DNA of 64,000 nucleotides from Eledone cirrhosa. Its lineage: Eukaryota. Shown piece after piece: positions 41,772-54,594 of this stretch; position 1 is the first letter of the stretch; each line of letters starts with the position of its first letter. The notes below the pieces were generated by a model. It was not told the DNA's origin. It worked only from the letters and a program-made list of their open reading frames with translations, and did not search any database. The stretch lies in contig OZ024740.1 in assembly GCA_964016885.1 (NCBI GenBank), forward strand, positions 156,488,001 to 156,552,000, written 5' to 3'. Made by a program: the position numbers and the translations under genes.

Positions 41772-41862
41772 CATATACATACATATATACATACACACAC
41801 ACACACATATATATATATACATATATATATATACATATATATATATATACATATATATATAC

Positions 41863-41957
<95 letters not shown>

Positions 41958-41966
41958 AACACACAC

Positions 41967-42018
<52 letters not shown>

Positions 42019-42240
42019 TTCGTTTCTGAATTTGTTTAGCAAGATTCTTTATCTGAAATCGTGTGTTGAAACCGATATTGTTATACTTTGGGAGGGTCAT
42101 GTTGCCAATAAGAAACACACGCACCAGTTGCTTTCACTTCAATTTATTATATATTTATAAATTTATAAATTTACAAATCTACAAACTTATAGATTTCTGG
42201 TTGGTTGGTTGGTTCCACAACCAGATAGTTGTTTATATAT

Positions 42241-42285
42241 AGTCATAGTCCTTTCGTCACACACTCTGTGACCTCTTCAGTGACT
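42241..42285 (-). ncRNA. Minimal type I hammerhead in the PLE pLTR
   Basis: Reverse complement of 47212-47256. Confidence 0.82.
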
Positions 42286-42493
42286 GGGGATTCCTTTCTT
42301 TGTTTCTGTGCCTTTCCTTTCTTCTATCCTACGCCATTTTATTTCTGTGTGTGTGTTGTGTGCTCAGTTTGCGCATGCGCCACATCTGGGTGTCTGTGTG
42401 TGTTTGTGTTCATTTATCTATTTGTTTATTTATTTATTTATTTATTGTTGGTTGGTTGTTTGTTCTATGTGTGTGTGTGTTTTCATTTTGTCC

Positions 42494-44982
42494 TTAATTG
42501 TAAGTTGTGATGTTGCTGTTCCACTCATATTTTCTATTTAATTTTGGTTGTAATTCTTTTATGCTTACTGCCTCTGTAATTTGCCTAAACATTGCATCTT
42601 TTCTGTGTGTGGATTCTATTTTTATTTCTATGTTCTCTAATCTACCCCTGTGTTCTATCTTAGCATGTTGGTAGAGCACAGATGATTCTTTATTATCTTG
42701 AAGGTCTCGCCAGTGTTCATTTATTCGTTCCCCTATACTACGAGCTGTCTCACCTATGTACACTATATTTTTGTTTCTACATTGTCCTTCAGTACATCTT
42801 ATGCTATACACTACATTTCTAGTTTTACAGTTAATATGGGGGCTTATTTTACAGGTTATACATTTCTTATCTATACATGAGGGTCTTTGGAACGGGTATG
42901 TCTTGCTAATAAGTGTTTTTACGGAGGTACCTGGTCTTTCTACTATCTTAATATTGAGTTTATGTTTATTTAGGGCCCTTCTAAATTTGTAGGCTAGTTC
43001 GCCTCTAGGGGTTGTATTGATGAACATTACACTCTGGTATTTATTGCTATCATACCATGAGTATTGGCCTTGTTCCTAGTTCTTTCTATTCTATTCCAAA
43101 ATTTGCTCCTGTACAAGGGGCAGGTCCCATTTATGTCATTATTTACTATTTTTTCACATTTGGTTCTGGCTCCTCTATACACTCTGATTCTATATCTCTG
43201 ATTGTAGACAGAGAACTGCATACGGTGGATGAAGTGTTGTATGTGTCTCTCTAGTTCTTCGGGGTTGCACATGCGGGACACATTTCTCATCACCCGTACC
43301 AAATCCGCAATCAGTATGTTGATTTTGGTATGGTCCGAAAGGGCCGAGTTTCGGTGGATCAGATGTTTGGAAGTCATGGGTTTGGCATAATGGGAATGGA
43401 GGATTTGTTTTTGGTTGTTAATGGTATCTAACCAGAGCTCTGTGTCTAGTACAGGTAATCGATGGTTAGGATGTCTACTTGGGTAGTCTATAGTAACTCT
43501 AATGCTCTGGTGGATGGAGTTAGCTATTTGCTGGATGCTTTCCATTGTGTTTTTCTCTAGTTCCTGACTGTTCTTTAGTGGGGGTGTCTTAACTACGATG
43601 TTTATATCATCTACGTAGCGGGAGTACATTATCAGGGTTAAGCTGTCTTCTAATTGTTCTTTAAGTTTTTGTTTAAGTCTACTGTCCCACCATACCATGA
43701 ATAAGTTAGCTATGTCGCCTGCAATGGCTGCTCCTTCCTCTTGGGCATATGTTTTTCCATTAAATTTGAACATATGTTCCTTAAGGGTTAATTTTATGCT
43801 GGCCCCTACCGCATGTGCAATCATTTTCTTCAGTTCATCGTGGTTTTCGGGTGTCCGTATGGCTCTGGTCCACCCGTTCCATCTATCTGTGTGGGTTTTC
43901 TTGGCCATTGAGGTAATGGTAGGTGGTCTGCCTCTTGCTGGTCTTGTAGGGCACAGGTTGCTAAGGTCATAAGTGTCTAGGTAACTATTACTATGGGTAA
44001 GCTTAAGTAGAAGTCCCAGCTCACTGGTATCAATCCCACGGAACTCAACCTTGCTCTCGCTGATCATTTCTACGCATTTCTCCACAGCAAAATCCACGTC
44101 AATAGATGAATACAGGGACACAACATCCATACTGCCTATTATGCAGTTTGTTAGGTCCCCAGATCGGTTACTCGCGCCGATTCTGCTGAGGAGGTCCTCC
44201 GTGCTGTCACATACATCTGGGGACATCTCAATGATGGGGCGTATGATCAGGGAGAGGAAGTAGGACAGTCTGTAGTTACTAGCAATGTTAGCTCCACAGA
44301 CTGGCCATGTTGGTGGTCCCGCGACAGGGTCACAGCCCGTTTTATGGTCTTTTCGAAGCCCATACAACGCCGGAACGTCATTGTTCCAGGCCTGGAAGTT
44401 GTTGGCAGTCCTTTTGTTGGGATGCATTATATTCGTCCACATCACCATATGGGCATTGAGGGCTTTTTCTCTATCCTCATGCTCCTGTGGTGTTACCTCT
44501 CTTGTGTTAGTGATGTGGGGTTGCATTGCCTGGATGTAGTTTGGCAGGCTGTCAACCGACATTCTGCCAGACTTGTCTGTTGGAAAGCATGCTATCTCTC
44601 CATTACGCGAGCGCTGCATGAGCTTACGCAAGCCATTTGCAAATTTTTCTCCCAGTTGCTGGGCCTCTATTCTATTATGCTTCTTGCTATACTGTTCTAT
44701 AATATTTCTGAGTTCGGATTTAGCTATACTAAATTGTGCTTCTGTTTGTTCATCGACCTGCGACGGTAACTGCGTGCGTTTGTTAAATGGTAAAGTCGTG
44801 GCGTGGACTCGTCGCAGGTCGAATGATTTATCGGAGGGATTATAAAACGGAGAGTTCCAGGCTGCTGCTTTATTTGTACTAGTGCTATTGTTATTGTTAG
44901 TTGTTTTGTTTCTATTTCTATTTCCACCAACAGCCTCATGGTTGTTTCTATGTCTCTCATAATTACTCCTGTCTCTTTCCAC
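42494..44982 (-). pseudogene. PLE reverse transcriptase-GIY-YIG polyprotein with one frameshift
   Basis: 7-nt deletion (gaataaa) near 43062 relative to the intact inverted copy at ~46434-46440. Confidence 0.88.
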
Positions 44983-45865
44983 TGGCTCAATGTTGTTATC
45001 TACCCTATTTTGTGTGTCTGTGTGTTCGTCTTGGTTATTCTCTTTGTCCTTAGTCTCCCATCTCCTTTTCCTTTTAATCTTATTACTTTCCCTTATTTCT
45101 CTGATTTCTGTGCTACTGTCATTACTTGTTTTCTGTGTCTGTGTTTGTTAAGATTGTGGTGGTGGTGAGAGGCATTGAATGCGTGTGTGTTGTTGTTGTT
45201 GATGTGTGCTGTTGTTGACGTGTGTTGTTGTTGTATCCGTGTGTGTTATCGTTGTTGTGTGTGTTGTTATTGTTGTTTGTGTCTGCGTGTCTGTTGTTGT
45301 TGTTTCTGGGTATGTTGCTATTGTTGTTGTTGTTGATGTGTGTGTTGTTGTTATTGTTGTTTGTGTCTGTGTGTCTGTTGTTGTTGGGATGTGTGTTGTA
45401 TATGTGTGTGCGTATATTGTTGCTTTTGTTTTTGATGCTCCAGCGTAGTTTTGTAAATGATTTTTCTATTTCTGACAGACAACTAATCATATTTACCTTC
45501 TTGAATGTCGCAAATTTGGGCGGCAGACATAACACAGACATTTCATCATTATCTATTTTTGTGTTCCCATAAATGTTGGTGTTTTTGTTGTTGAACTCTT
45601 CTGATAATGAGGTGTCGGCCATGTTGATACCGTCAATTTTGTCGGGATATCTATTGGTATACTCTATAGTATCCTGATTTAGCTTTGCCTCTTTAAGCCA
45701 CTTTATTTTCCTGTTAAAGTGCTTATCACATTCTTGAGTAATGTACTGTTCTTCGGGGCGTATAAGGCTTATAAATATTAGTTTCTCTGCTGGTGTGGTG
45801 ATTCTAGCTAATTCTTGTATTAGGTTACGCTTAAAGAACAATTAGAAGACAGCTTAACCCTGATA

Positions 45866-47008
45866 ATGTACTCCCGCTACGTAGATGATATAAACATCGT
45901 AGTTAAGACACCCCCACTAAAGAACAGTCAGGAACTAGAGAAAAACACAATGGAAAGCATCCAGCAAATAGCAAACTCCATCCACCAGAGCATTAGAGTT
46001 ACTATAGACTACCCAAGTAGACACCCCAACCATCGATTACCTGTACTAGACACAGAGCTCTGGTTAGATACCATTAACAACCAAAAACAAATCCTCCATT
46101 CCCATTATGCCAAACCCATGACTTCCAAACATCTGATCCACCGAAACTCGGCCCTTTCGGACCATACCAAAATCAACATACTGATTGCGGATTTGGTACG
46201 GGTGATGAGAAATGTGCCCCGCATGTGCAACCCCGAAGAACTAGAGAGACACATACAACACTTCATCCACCGTATGCAGTTCTCTGGCTACAATCAGAGA
46301 GATAGAATCAGAGTGTATAGAGGAGCCAGAACCAAATGTGAAAAAATGGTAAATAATGACATAAATGGGACCTGCCCCTTGTATAGGAGCAAATTTTGGA
46401 ATAGAATAGAAAGAACTAGGAACAAGGCCAATAGAATAAACTCATGGTATGATAGCAATAAATACCAGAGTGTAATGTTCATCAATACAACCCCTAGAGG
46501 CGAATTAGCCTACAAATTTAGAAGGGCCCTAAATAAACATAAACTCAATATTAAGATAGTAGAAAGACCAGGTACCTCCGTAAAAACACTTATTAGCAAG
46601 ACATACCCGTTCCAAAGATCCTCATGTATAGATAAGAAATGTATAACCTGTAAAATAAGCCCCCATATTAACTGTAAAACTAGAAATGTAGTGTATAGCA
46701 TAAGATGTACTGAAGGACAATGTAGAAACAAAAATATAGTGTACATAGGTGAGACAGCTCGTAGTATAGGGGAACGAATAAATGAACACTGGCGAGACCT
46801 TCAAGATAATAAAGAATCATCTGTGCTCTACCAACATGCTAAGATAGAACACAGGGGTAGATTAGAGAACATAGAAATAAAAATAGAATCCACACACAGA
46901 AAAGATGCAATGTTTAGGCAAATTACAGAGGCAGTAAGCATAAAAGAATTACAACCAAAATTAAATAGAAAATATGAGTGGAACAGCAACATCACAACTT
47001 ACAATTAA
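45866..47008 (+). CDS. Open partial PLE ORF: RT motif C/thumb plus GIY-YIG endonuclease (380 aa)
   Basis: YVDD motif, Cys-rich linker, VVY..YIGET motif; uninterrupted but lacks the N-terminal RT. Confidence 0.7.
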   Translation: MYSRYVDDINIVVKTPPLKNSQELEKNTMESIQQIANSIHQSIRVTIDYPSRHPNHRLPVLDTELWLDTINNQKQILHSHYAKPMTSKHLIHRNSALSDHTKINILIADLVRVMRNVPRMCNPEELERHIQHFIHRMQFSGYNQRDRIRVYRGARTKCEKMVNNDINGTCPLYRSKFWNRIERTRNKANRINSWYDSNKYQSVMFINTTPRGELAYKFRRALNKHKLNIKIVERPGTSVKTLISKTYPFQRSSCIDKKCITCKISPHINCKTRNVVYSIRCTEGQCRNKNIVYIGETARSIGERINEHWRDLQDNKESSVLYQHAKIEHRGRLENIEIKIESTHRKDAMFRQITEAVSIKELQPKLNRKYEWNSNITTYN

Positions 47009-47211
47009 GGACAAAATGAAAACACACACACACATAGAACAAACAACCAACCAACAATAAATAAATAAATAAATAAACAAATAGATAAATGAACACAAAC
47101 ACATACAGACACCCAGATGTGGCGCATGCGCAAACTGAGCACACACACACAGAAACAAAATGGCATAGGATAGAAGAAAGGAAAGGCACAGAAACAAAGA
47201 AAGGAATCCCC

Positions 47212-47256
47212 AGTCACTGAAGAGGTCACAGAGTGTGTGACGAAAGGACTATGACT
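47212..47256 (+). ncRNA. Minimal type I hammerhead in the PLE pLTR
   Basis: agtca-CTGAAGA-g-gtcaca(gagtg)tgtgac-GAAA-ggac-TA-tgact. Confidence 0.82.
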
Positions 47257-47465
47257 ATATATAAACAACTATCTGGTTGTGGAACCAACCAACCAACCAG
47301 AAATTTATAAGTTTGTAGATTTGTAAATTTATAAATTTATAAATATATAATAAATTGAAGTGAAAGCAACTGGTGCGTGTGTTTCTTATTGGCAACATGA
47401 CCCTCCCAAAGTATAACAATATATATATACATATATATATATATATACACATATACATATATATT

Positions 47466-47499
<34 letters not shown>

Positions 47500-47546
47500 C
47501 ATATATACATATATATATATATACACATATACATATATATATATAC

Positions 47547-47635
<89 letters not shown>

Positions 47636-47986
47636 CATACATATATATATCAACTCGGTAAGTGGACATTGCAATGAGAATTATTGATCGCGAGGGAATC
47701 CAAGAACCAATAACAAAACATGAATGATGTCACAGTATCCTCTCACAACAACATGTTTTATATTCAAAGTCTGACACATTCAAAATGAAATAATCTGTTA
47801 TAAGATAAAATATATAGCGAGCCAGATCAGGAACATTGTGGGAAAAAACAATGAGGAAAATACATGATTAACTATATACCGAAGACGTAGATTTCCGGGT
47901 GAGTTAAGAATATCGGAAGAAGCGATATATCTATATCTATACATATATATGGGGTAGGATGGTGTGTGCATATGCATGTGTATGTA

Positions 47987-48057
<71 letters not shown>

Positions 48058-48587
48058 TAGTTAAGCAAAACAAGACCACAAATTTCACAAAAGATTGTCA
48101 ACATATTTTAGTTTGATGTAAGGAATGTAGAGAATAATAATAATAATATTAATAATAATAATGTCCGTTTAAAATTGTTTCGCTACTCCATATAATATTT
48201 CTGGATCAGATGACTATATATCATTATTGATCTGGTTCAGTTGAAAATAATTAACATATTTAAAAATAGAGCGGCTCATCGGAACTTCAAACGAATATAA
48301 ATTAAAATAAGGAGAGAATGTTACATAATGTTTAATAATGTCTTCCTTGTGAAATTTGTGGTCTTGTTTTGCTTAACTAATGAATATTTCTAGCTCTGCG
48401 TACCTAATTTCTGCATGAACCCAGCCACCGAGCTGCTTTCTACTGCATATTGCACATTGAGCACATGCCTTTACGCTTTGGATTCTAACTAATTCCCCAA
48501 TCTATCCTCTCCTATCTCCTCTCCTATCTCCATCTCTCTCTTTAAGATTGGTTACGCTTGAACTGTGTGTATATATATATATATATC

Positions 48588-48646
48588 CAAAATTAAGTTA
48601 AATTAAGGGTGTCATGTCAGATAGATTTACAAGGTATCTATAAGTT

Positions 48647-48702
<56 letters not shown>

Positions 48703-48770
48703 AACTTATAAATTGTAATCTATAGCTTGTAAATCTATTTGACATGACACCCTTAATTTAACTTAATTTA
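48588..48770. repeat. Inverted repeat around a (TA)n spacer
   Basis: aaattaagttaaattaagggtgtcatgtca...tataagttaaatta mirrored after the TA run. Confidence 0.85.
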
Positions 48771-48785
48771 TATATATATAAATTA

Positions 48786-49631
48786 AGACAGCTTGTTACA
48801 TATTAACGTTATGTTTCCGAGGCAATCCAAATTGAATCGACATGGGAACGGACGAAGTGTGTGTTCTTGGGTTTTTCATCGGTTCCCTTGTGAGTACCAA
48901 TTCACCCCCACTGGTCTGCGTAGGCGTATGTCCGAAGAAGTTGACCATTAGCTACCGCAGATTTCAACGAAATTCGCTCAGTCAGTTCCCCCTCTCAAAC
49001 AAACAATGAGCCATTCAGGCCTGTAATATATATCTTACTGCTACCTACCCCGTCTGTGACAGTCGGTGGGGATGGGAGAGTGTGATATCTATAGGTCTCA
49101 ATACTACCCCTCATTAAGCATGGACAGTATAATTGACCATCAACCTCTAAGTGAAAATATACTTAATTCTAGGTATCATGGTTTCACAGTGGAAGTTATG
49201 AATGATAGTTAGAAATTAGAACTAAAAATTAAAATTTAAAATCGAAAATCAGAAATCATATATTAAAAATTAGAAATTTAAAATTAACAATTAAAAATAA
49301 AAAAAACTTTTCAAGTGAGAATCTGGATTGAGATGAGTAAAAAATATAGATTGAAGTGAGTAAATAATATACGCACCTATACTATCTACTACGTAGAGAG
49401 ATGTTTAAGTAAGAAGTTTTGAAAGGGGTCTTAATGTTACAGTTATATTATCTACATACTGAACTATAGTACCGTACAGTAGAACGGAGGGTAAATTACA
49501 GTATGAAAGGTAGTAGTGAGTCGGGTACATAGTTAGAATTTCCATCACATGGAACAAAACCCCCAAAAATATAAAGTCGATTCAATTTGGATTGCCTCGG
49601 AAACATAACCTTATTATGTAACAAGCTGTCT
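48786..49631. repeat. ~55-bp inverted repeats ~750 bp apart (probable PLE stub with inverted end)
   Basis: agacagcttgttacata...aattgaatcgac and gtcgattcaatt...tatgtaacaagctgtct; CTGACGA follows the right arm. Confidence 0.7.
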
Positions 49632-49744
49632 GACGATGTCGCAACACTGGCGCACGGAACACTGTGGCCACTGTCGCCATTGAAATATATATCACAGCAT
49701 TATTATTAAAAGACTTGAACATCTGAAACTACTTCGCTTTTCCT

Positions 49745-49823
<79 letters not shown>

Positions 49824-49828
<5 letters not shown>

Positions 49829-50222
49829 CTTGGGGAGGGTCATATTTGTGTGATAATATTGCCAGAATTAATAACAGAATACACTCACTGTTTGGTTGGT
49901 TTTCGCTTCTGTGTCCTTTATATCGGTTAATTTAATTTATTCCGTCCTCAATGTTACCATTGACTGACCAACGGTCAAAAATACAGATAATATATAGACA
50001 CAAACACATATATATAGTCTAACAAAGTTCTTTCGTTGCACATCTGCAACATCGTCAGTGGTGCTATTATGTTTCCTCCCGTTGCATTGTATCCCTACGC
50101 CATCTTTATTTAGTCTGTTTATTTGTTATTAATTCTGGCAATATTATCACACAAATATGACCCTCCCCAAGTATAACAATATTTGTTTCGACACACGATT
50201 TCATATAAAAAACCTCGCAAAA
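49824..50222. mobile_element. Short PLE-end stub with ~53-bp inverted repeats and an internal hammerhead-like motif (minus, ~50020-50066)
   Basis: Arms 49824-49876 and 50124-50176 share atgaccctcccYaagtataacaat with the 42-47 kb PLE ends. Minus strand: CTGACGA-t-gttgca/tgcaac-GAAA-gaac-TT; stem I imperfect. Confidence 0.65.
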
Positions 50223-50223
50223 C

Positions 50224-50251
<28 letters not shown>

Positions 50252-50254
<3 letters not shown>

Positions 50255-50448
50255 ATGTAATAAACAACATAAGGCAATTATTACATTTACCAGTGGTTTC
50301 TTAAAAGCAAAAAATTTTGCTTTCAATCATCAGAATGAAAAAATCTTGGACCAGGATTTTTTCATTCTGATGATTGAAAGCAAAATTTTTTGCTTTTAAG
50401 AACCACTGGTAAATGGAATAATTGCCTTGTGTTGTTTATTACATAACT
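50252..50448. ncRNA. ~100-bp-arm palindrome formed by two inverted hammerhead-bearing units
   Basis: Minus 50281-50340 has an intact core (CTGATGA..GAAA-ccactgg-TA); plus 50360-50417 lacks one A of GAAA. Confidence 0.8.
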
Positions 50449-51014
50449 ATTAAGCTCTGTTACCTACATAGAGCACTATTTTTTCCTGGACTTTTGCGAG
50501 GGAATTACTTCATTTATATATATATATAGTAATAATAATAAATTTGAAGACTAAAATAGAAAGAGGGCTCGATAATGATAAGTATATATCAGATATATAA
50601 GAAACACCCTAACGGATATTACGAACTATACGCGGATATTTTACGTCTTGATGTGGTAGCTAAGTATATGTTATGTTTATACCATTACTTATTTGTATAG
50701 GTAAGTATATTTTATCTGTATGTTTTGTGAAGGTACGTATACTTTCTCGTACGTATATTTGCTTGTATATGTTATGGCGTATATATTTTATATATAATGG
50801 TACATGTGCATTTGGTTATGTGTATACGTGAGTTTTGCGTCTGTGTGAGTATGCGGGTTCGTACGTTTGTGGGTGTGTGTATATGTGTACTTTGCGTTTT
50901 GGTCGACGTAGTCTGCGAACTTATGTGTATTTATATGTAGGTATGTGTGTGCGCGCGTTATATACGTATTTACGTGTGTATATTTATATACGTTTATTTG
51001 AATATGTATACACG

Positions 51015-51056
<42 letters not shown>

Positions 51057-51806
51057 GGAACAAGTAAGACCCCAAGGGGTCTTACTTGTTCCTATTACCC
51101 ACTCTACTACCCTAAGTATTGAGTACTTTGGTGCGTTGTGGTCCACCTGGTTCCTTACCACATTTCCTTCGTTATATATATATTTTTTTTATATATATTT
51201 TTATGTGTATTTGGTGTATACGTTCGTATGTGTGTGGGTACAGGCGTTGCGTGGGTTCTGTATGTGGGTGCGTGTTTTTTTTGTGTACGTGCTTGTATTT
51301 GCATACCCATGGCGAGTGTTTTCGCGTATGCTTGTGTATGTACGTATTTGGATGCGTGTATGTATATATTTAATTTCATTTACCTCTGTATTTAATTTAC
51401 TTTACTCTTAACTCTGAAGCTGAGAATCATTCGGTTTCCTGAATAGAATTTTAGTCTACGACTTCAGTTATACCATTTACGTGGTTTTGTCTTTGCGTGT
51501 AATTGGTCTCACGCACCACATAATGACGTATTATCTTCGTTTTTTCCGTTCATTGCCAGAGAACGTCTCCATGAACCACCTAATAGAATATTAGTCTACG
51601 ACTTCATTTATACAATAACGTGGTTTTGTCTTTGCGTGTAATTGTTTTATCGCACCAAATAATGACGTATTATCTTCGTTTTTTTTTAGTTCTTCTCCAG
51701 GGAACGTTTCCACGAACCAAAGTATCGTCTTCCTGTCTTCCTTCAGTTGTAACGTTTTTTTAAATATTTATTTCTGCGTTAACAGATTGACTTTTTTAGT
51801 TTCAGT

Positions 51807-51857
51807 AGTTTCAGAAGATCCCGTTAAGGGTGAAAGCAGCGATTCTTTGCTTAAACT
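51807..51857 (+). ncRNA. Hammerhead-like motif with CAGAAGA core
   Basis: agttt-CAGAAGA-tccc(gttaa)gggt-GAAA-gca...tgc-TT-aaact. Confidence 0.6.
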
Positions 51858-52011
51858 TTAATCTGTTATTTTAATAAATATTTGCTCTACGGTTCTTATA
51901 TATCTGATATATATTTATCCTTATCGAGCCTTCTTTGGATTTTAGTCTTCAAATTTATTATTATTACTATTTGGCTCCCTCGGGTGAGCACTCTATTGAC
52001 TTATATTCATC

Positions 52012-54130
52012 ATGCAGAAACAACATCTGAATATTTCTACAAAGAACATACCCGTACCAAGCAGGAAAACATACCTAAAACTCCTGATACAGAAAACAGA
52101 CACGTTCATTAAAAGGTTGCGTTGGCTTGCCTTTTATTTCGATAATCAGCGGAAAAGCAGACAACAAACAGGATAAATTTGGGTTTAAAACCTATAATAA
52201 CCCTCCGAGTAACCCAGCATTGCTACCCTTCGAAAGTGATGTCTTGGAACTCATACGGAGTATCAAATTTCGGAATAGGAGCAATTCCTTCCAGCAGGAC
52301 CTGAAGAATAGAATTCGTTCTATTAAGGGTTCTAATGCCGTGCACGCCCACTCCGACAAAACTGGCAATCTATATCAAGTGGAGCGGAGTACTTACCATC
52401 AACTGCTACATAATGCTGTAACTAAGGATTACTGTAAAACTAATCGGATCATTATTAATGAAATCAACGATGCTGGGTTTAAAATCACCTCTGATCTCAA
52501 CATCCTGAACCGGACTGAATTCTTGATCCTATTTCTTCCCACTTTACCCTGAAGGATCACAAATCCAATTTCCTGAACAGCCCCTCTATTCGACTTATTA
52601 ACCCTACGAAGTCCGATTTAGGTAGACTTATTAAAAGGATTTTAGATAGAATTATACCTGAAATTAGAAGTTTGGCCCCTCTTGCACTGTGGAACAATTC
52701 TTTCGCGTTGATTGATTGCTTCAACGGCATATGTAACAAGGAGCATTGCCGTTTTATCCAATTCGACATCAATAATTACTACTCCTACATCACTTTACCA
52801 CTTATTCTTAGAGCTATCAATTTTGTTAAAACACTCACAGTGGTTAAGGATTTCGAAGTTGATGTCATCCACAATGCCCGTAAGTCGGTGATTAATTTCG
52901 ACGACTCTATTTGGATCAAAAAATCTAATAGTACCCCCATTCGACGTGAGTATGGGCGCCAGCGATTCTGCGAAGGTTACTGATCTTATCGGCCTTTTCC
53001 TTCTTTTCTCTATCAAGGAAGAATTCCACAACGTAGGCGGTCGTTTGTACCGTGATGACGGTCTTTTGACCATGACAAAGTGCGGCCCACGTGCTTGCGA
53101 CAGGTTCAGAAAAGAACTCACAGCCTTCTTTAAAGGCTTCAACCTCTCCATACAGGTTGAGGCCAACCTCTCGGTCGTTAATTACCTCGATGTTACCCTC
53201 AATTTGTCGAATGGCTTGCACTACCCGTATAGAAAACCGAATGATACGCTTAATTACATAAGTAAGCATTCTGACCATCCTACCAGCATAACCAAGAACC
53301 TGGTAAGAAACGTTTCTATGAGGCTTTCCCGTCTATCTACAAACGAGCAAATTTTCAACGACCATTCCACATATTACAATGAAGCTCTTATTCGGAGTGG
53401 ATTTGTCGATAAGGTAGCATATACAGAGTACGAGAATAGACCTAGGAAAAATAGATCCCGACGCATTATATGGTATAACCCACCATATAATATGGAGGTG
53501 GCCACTCCATTAGCTAAGATCTTTCTCTCCCTTATTATGAAGCATTTCCCCCCAGAACATAAATATAGTAACATTTTTAACAGAAATACCATTAAAATTT
53601 CTTACTCTACGACTCCTAACCTTGCACATAACATCACAGCTTCAAATTTAGCTAAATTACCGAGCCGTAGAAACACGTGCAACCCTGTAGCTAGTACTAA
53701 CTGTAATTGTAGGAATCTGGTTGACTGCCCCCTATCCGGGAAATGCCTCTCTAGTAACATTGTCTACAAATGTAAGGTTGAAACACCCACGTCCCGTAGG
53801 GCCTACATAGGGTTAACCGCTAATAGATTCAAGCAGCGTCTTTACATGCATACCCATTTTTTCTTAACCCTTTAAGAAGGAATATGACGTCACTTTCAGC
53901 TTATATCTGGAGTCTAAAAGACAACCACACCCAATATAAGTTACACTGGGAGATCCTAGCTAAGGCTAGATCGTATAACGGAAATAAAAGACCATGTGAC
54001 CGCTGAGAGCCTGGAAATACTCTACGCCAAAGACCACATCTTAAATAAAAAATCTGAGGCAATTTCGGCTTGTAAACATAAATGCACAAAACTTTCCTGT
54101 ATTACATTATACCCTTACGGATAGTACGAA
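52012..54130 (+). pseudogene. Frameshifted PLE RT + GIY-YIG ORF (Naiad-like)
   Basis: MQKQHLNISTKNIPVP, DKTGNLY, FIQFDINNYY, MGASDSA, YRDDGL, NYLDVTL, IIWYNPPY, CNC..CPLSGKC..IVYKC..YIGLT..FKQR. Confidence 0.88.
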
Positions 54131-54520
54131 CTGTACGCGGATATTTTACGTCTTGATGTGGTAGCTAAGTATATGTTATGTTTATACCATTACTTATTTG
54201 TATAGGTAAGTATATTTTACCTGTATGTTTTGTGAAGGTACGTATACTTTCTCGTACGTATATTTGCTTGCATATGTTATGGCGTATATATTTTATATAT
54301 ACTGGTACATGTGCATTTGGTAATGTGTATACGTGAGCTTTCCGTCTGTGTGAGTACGCGGGTTCGTACGTTTGTGGGTGTGTGTATATGTGTACTTTGT
54401 GTTTTGGTTGACGTAGTCTGCGAACTTATGTGTATTTACATGTAGGTATGTGTTGCGCGCGTTATATACATATTTGCGTGTGTATATTTATATACGCTTA
54501 TTTAATTATGTATACACGCC

Positions 54521-54594
<74 letters not shown>

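Larger units (their letters stand above)
42017..45829 (-). mobile_element. Penelope-like retroelement (RT + GIY-YIG), 5'-truncated, lightly disrupted
   Basis: ORFs 45122-45841, 43027-44982 and 42494-43027: PTDKSG, GSMDVVSLY, YSRYVDDI, LPVLD, VVYSIRC..YIGETAR..ERINEH..EAVSI..PKLN; pLTR with hammerhead. Confidence 0.93.
45830..47422 (+). mobile_element. Inverted 5'-truncated second copy of the same PLE
   Basis: Reverse complement of 42075-43665 with few differences. Confidence 0.93.

Noticed and set aside
41620-42160. Long [12 protein letters not shown] ORFs here and elsewhere (also 26898-28138, 47337-47687)
   Set aside because: They are translations of stop-free microsatellites, not genes.
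53990-54010. TGA near the C-terminal Cys motif of the Naiad-like endonuclease as a possible selenocysteine codon (some Naiads encode selenoproteins)
   Set aside because: All visible zinc-motif cysteines use TGT/TGC. The TGA appears only because a small deletion shifts the frame (CD..AESLEI resumes in another frame).
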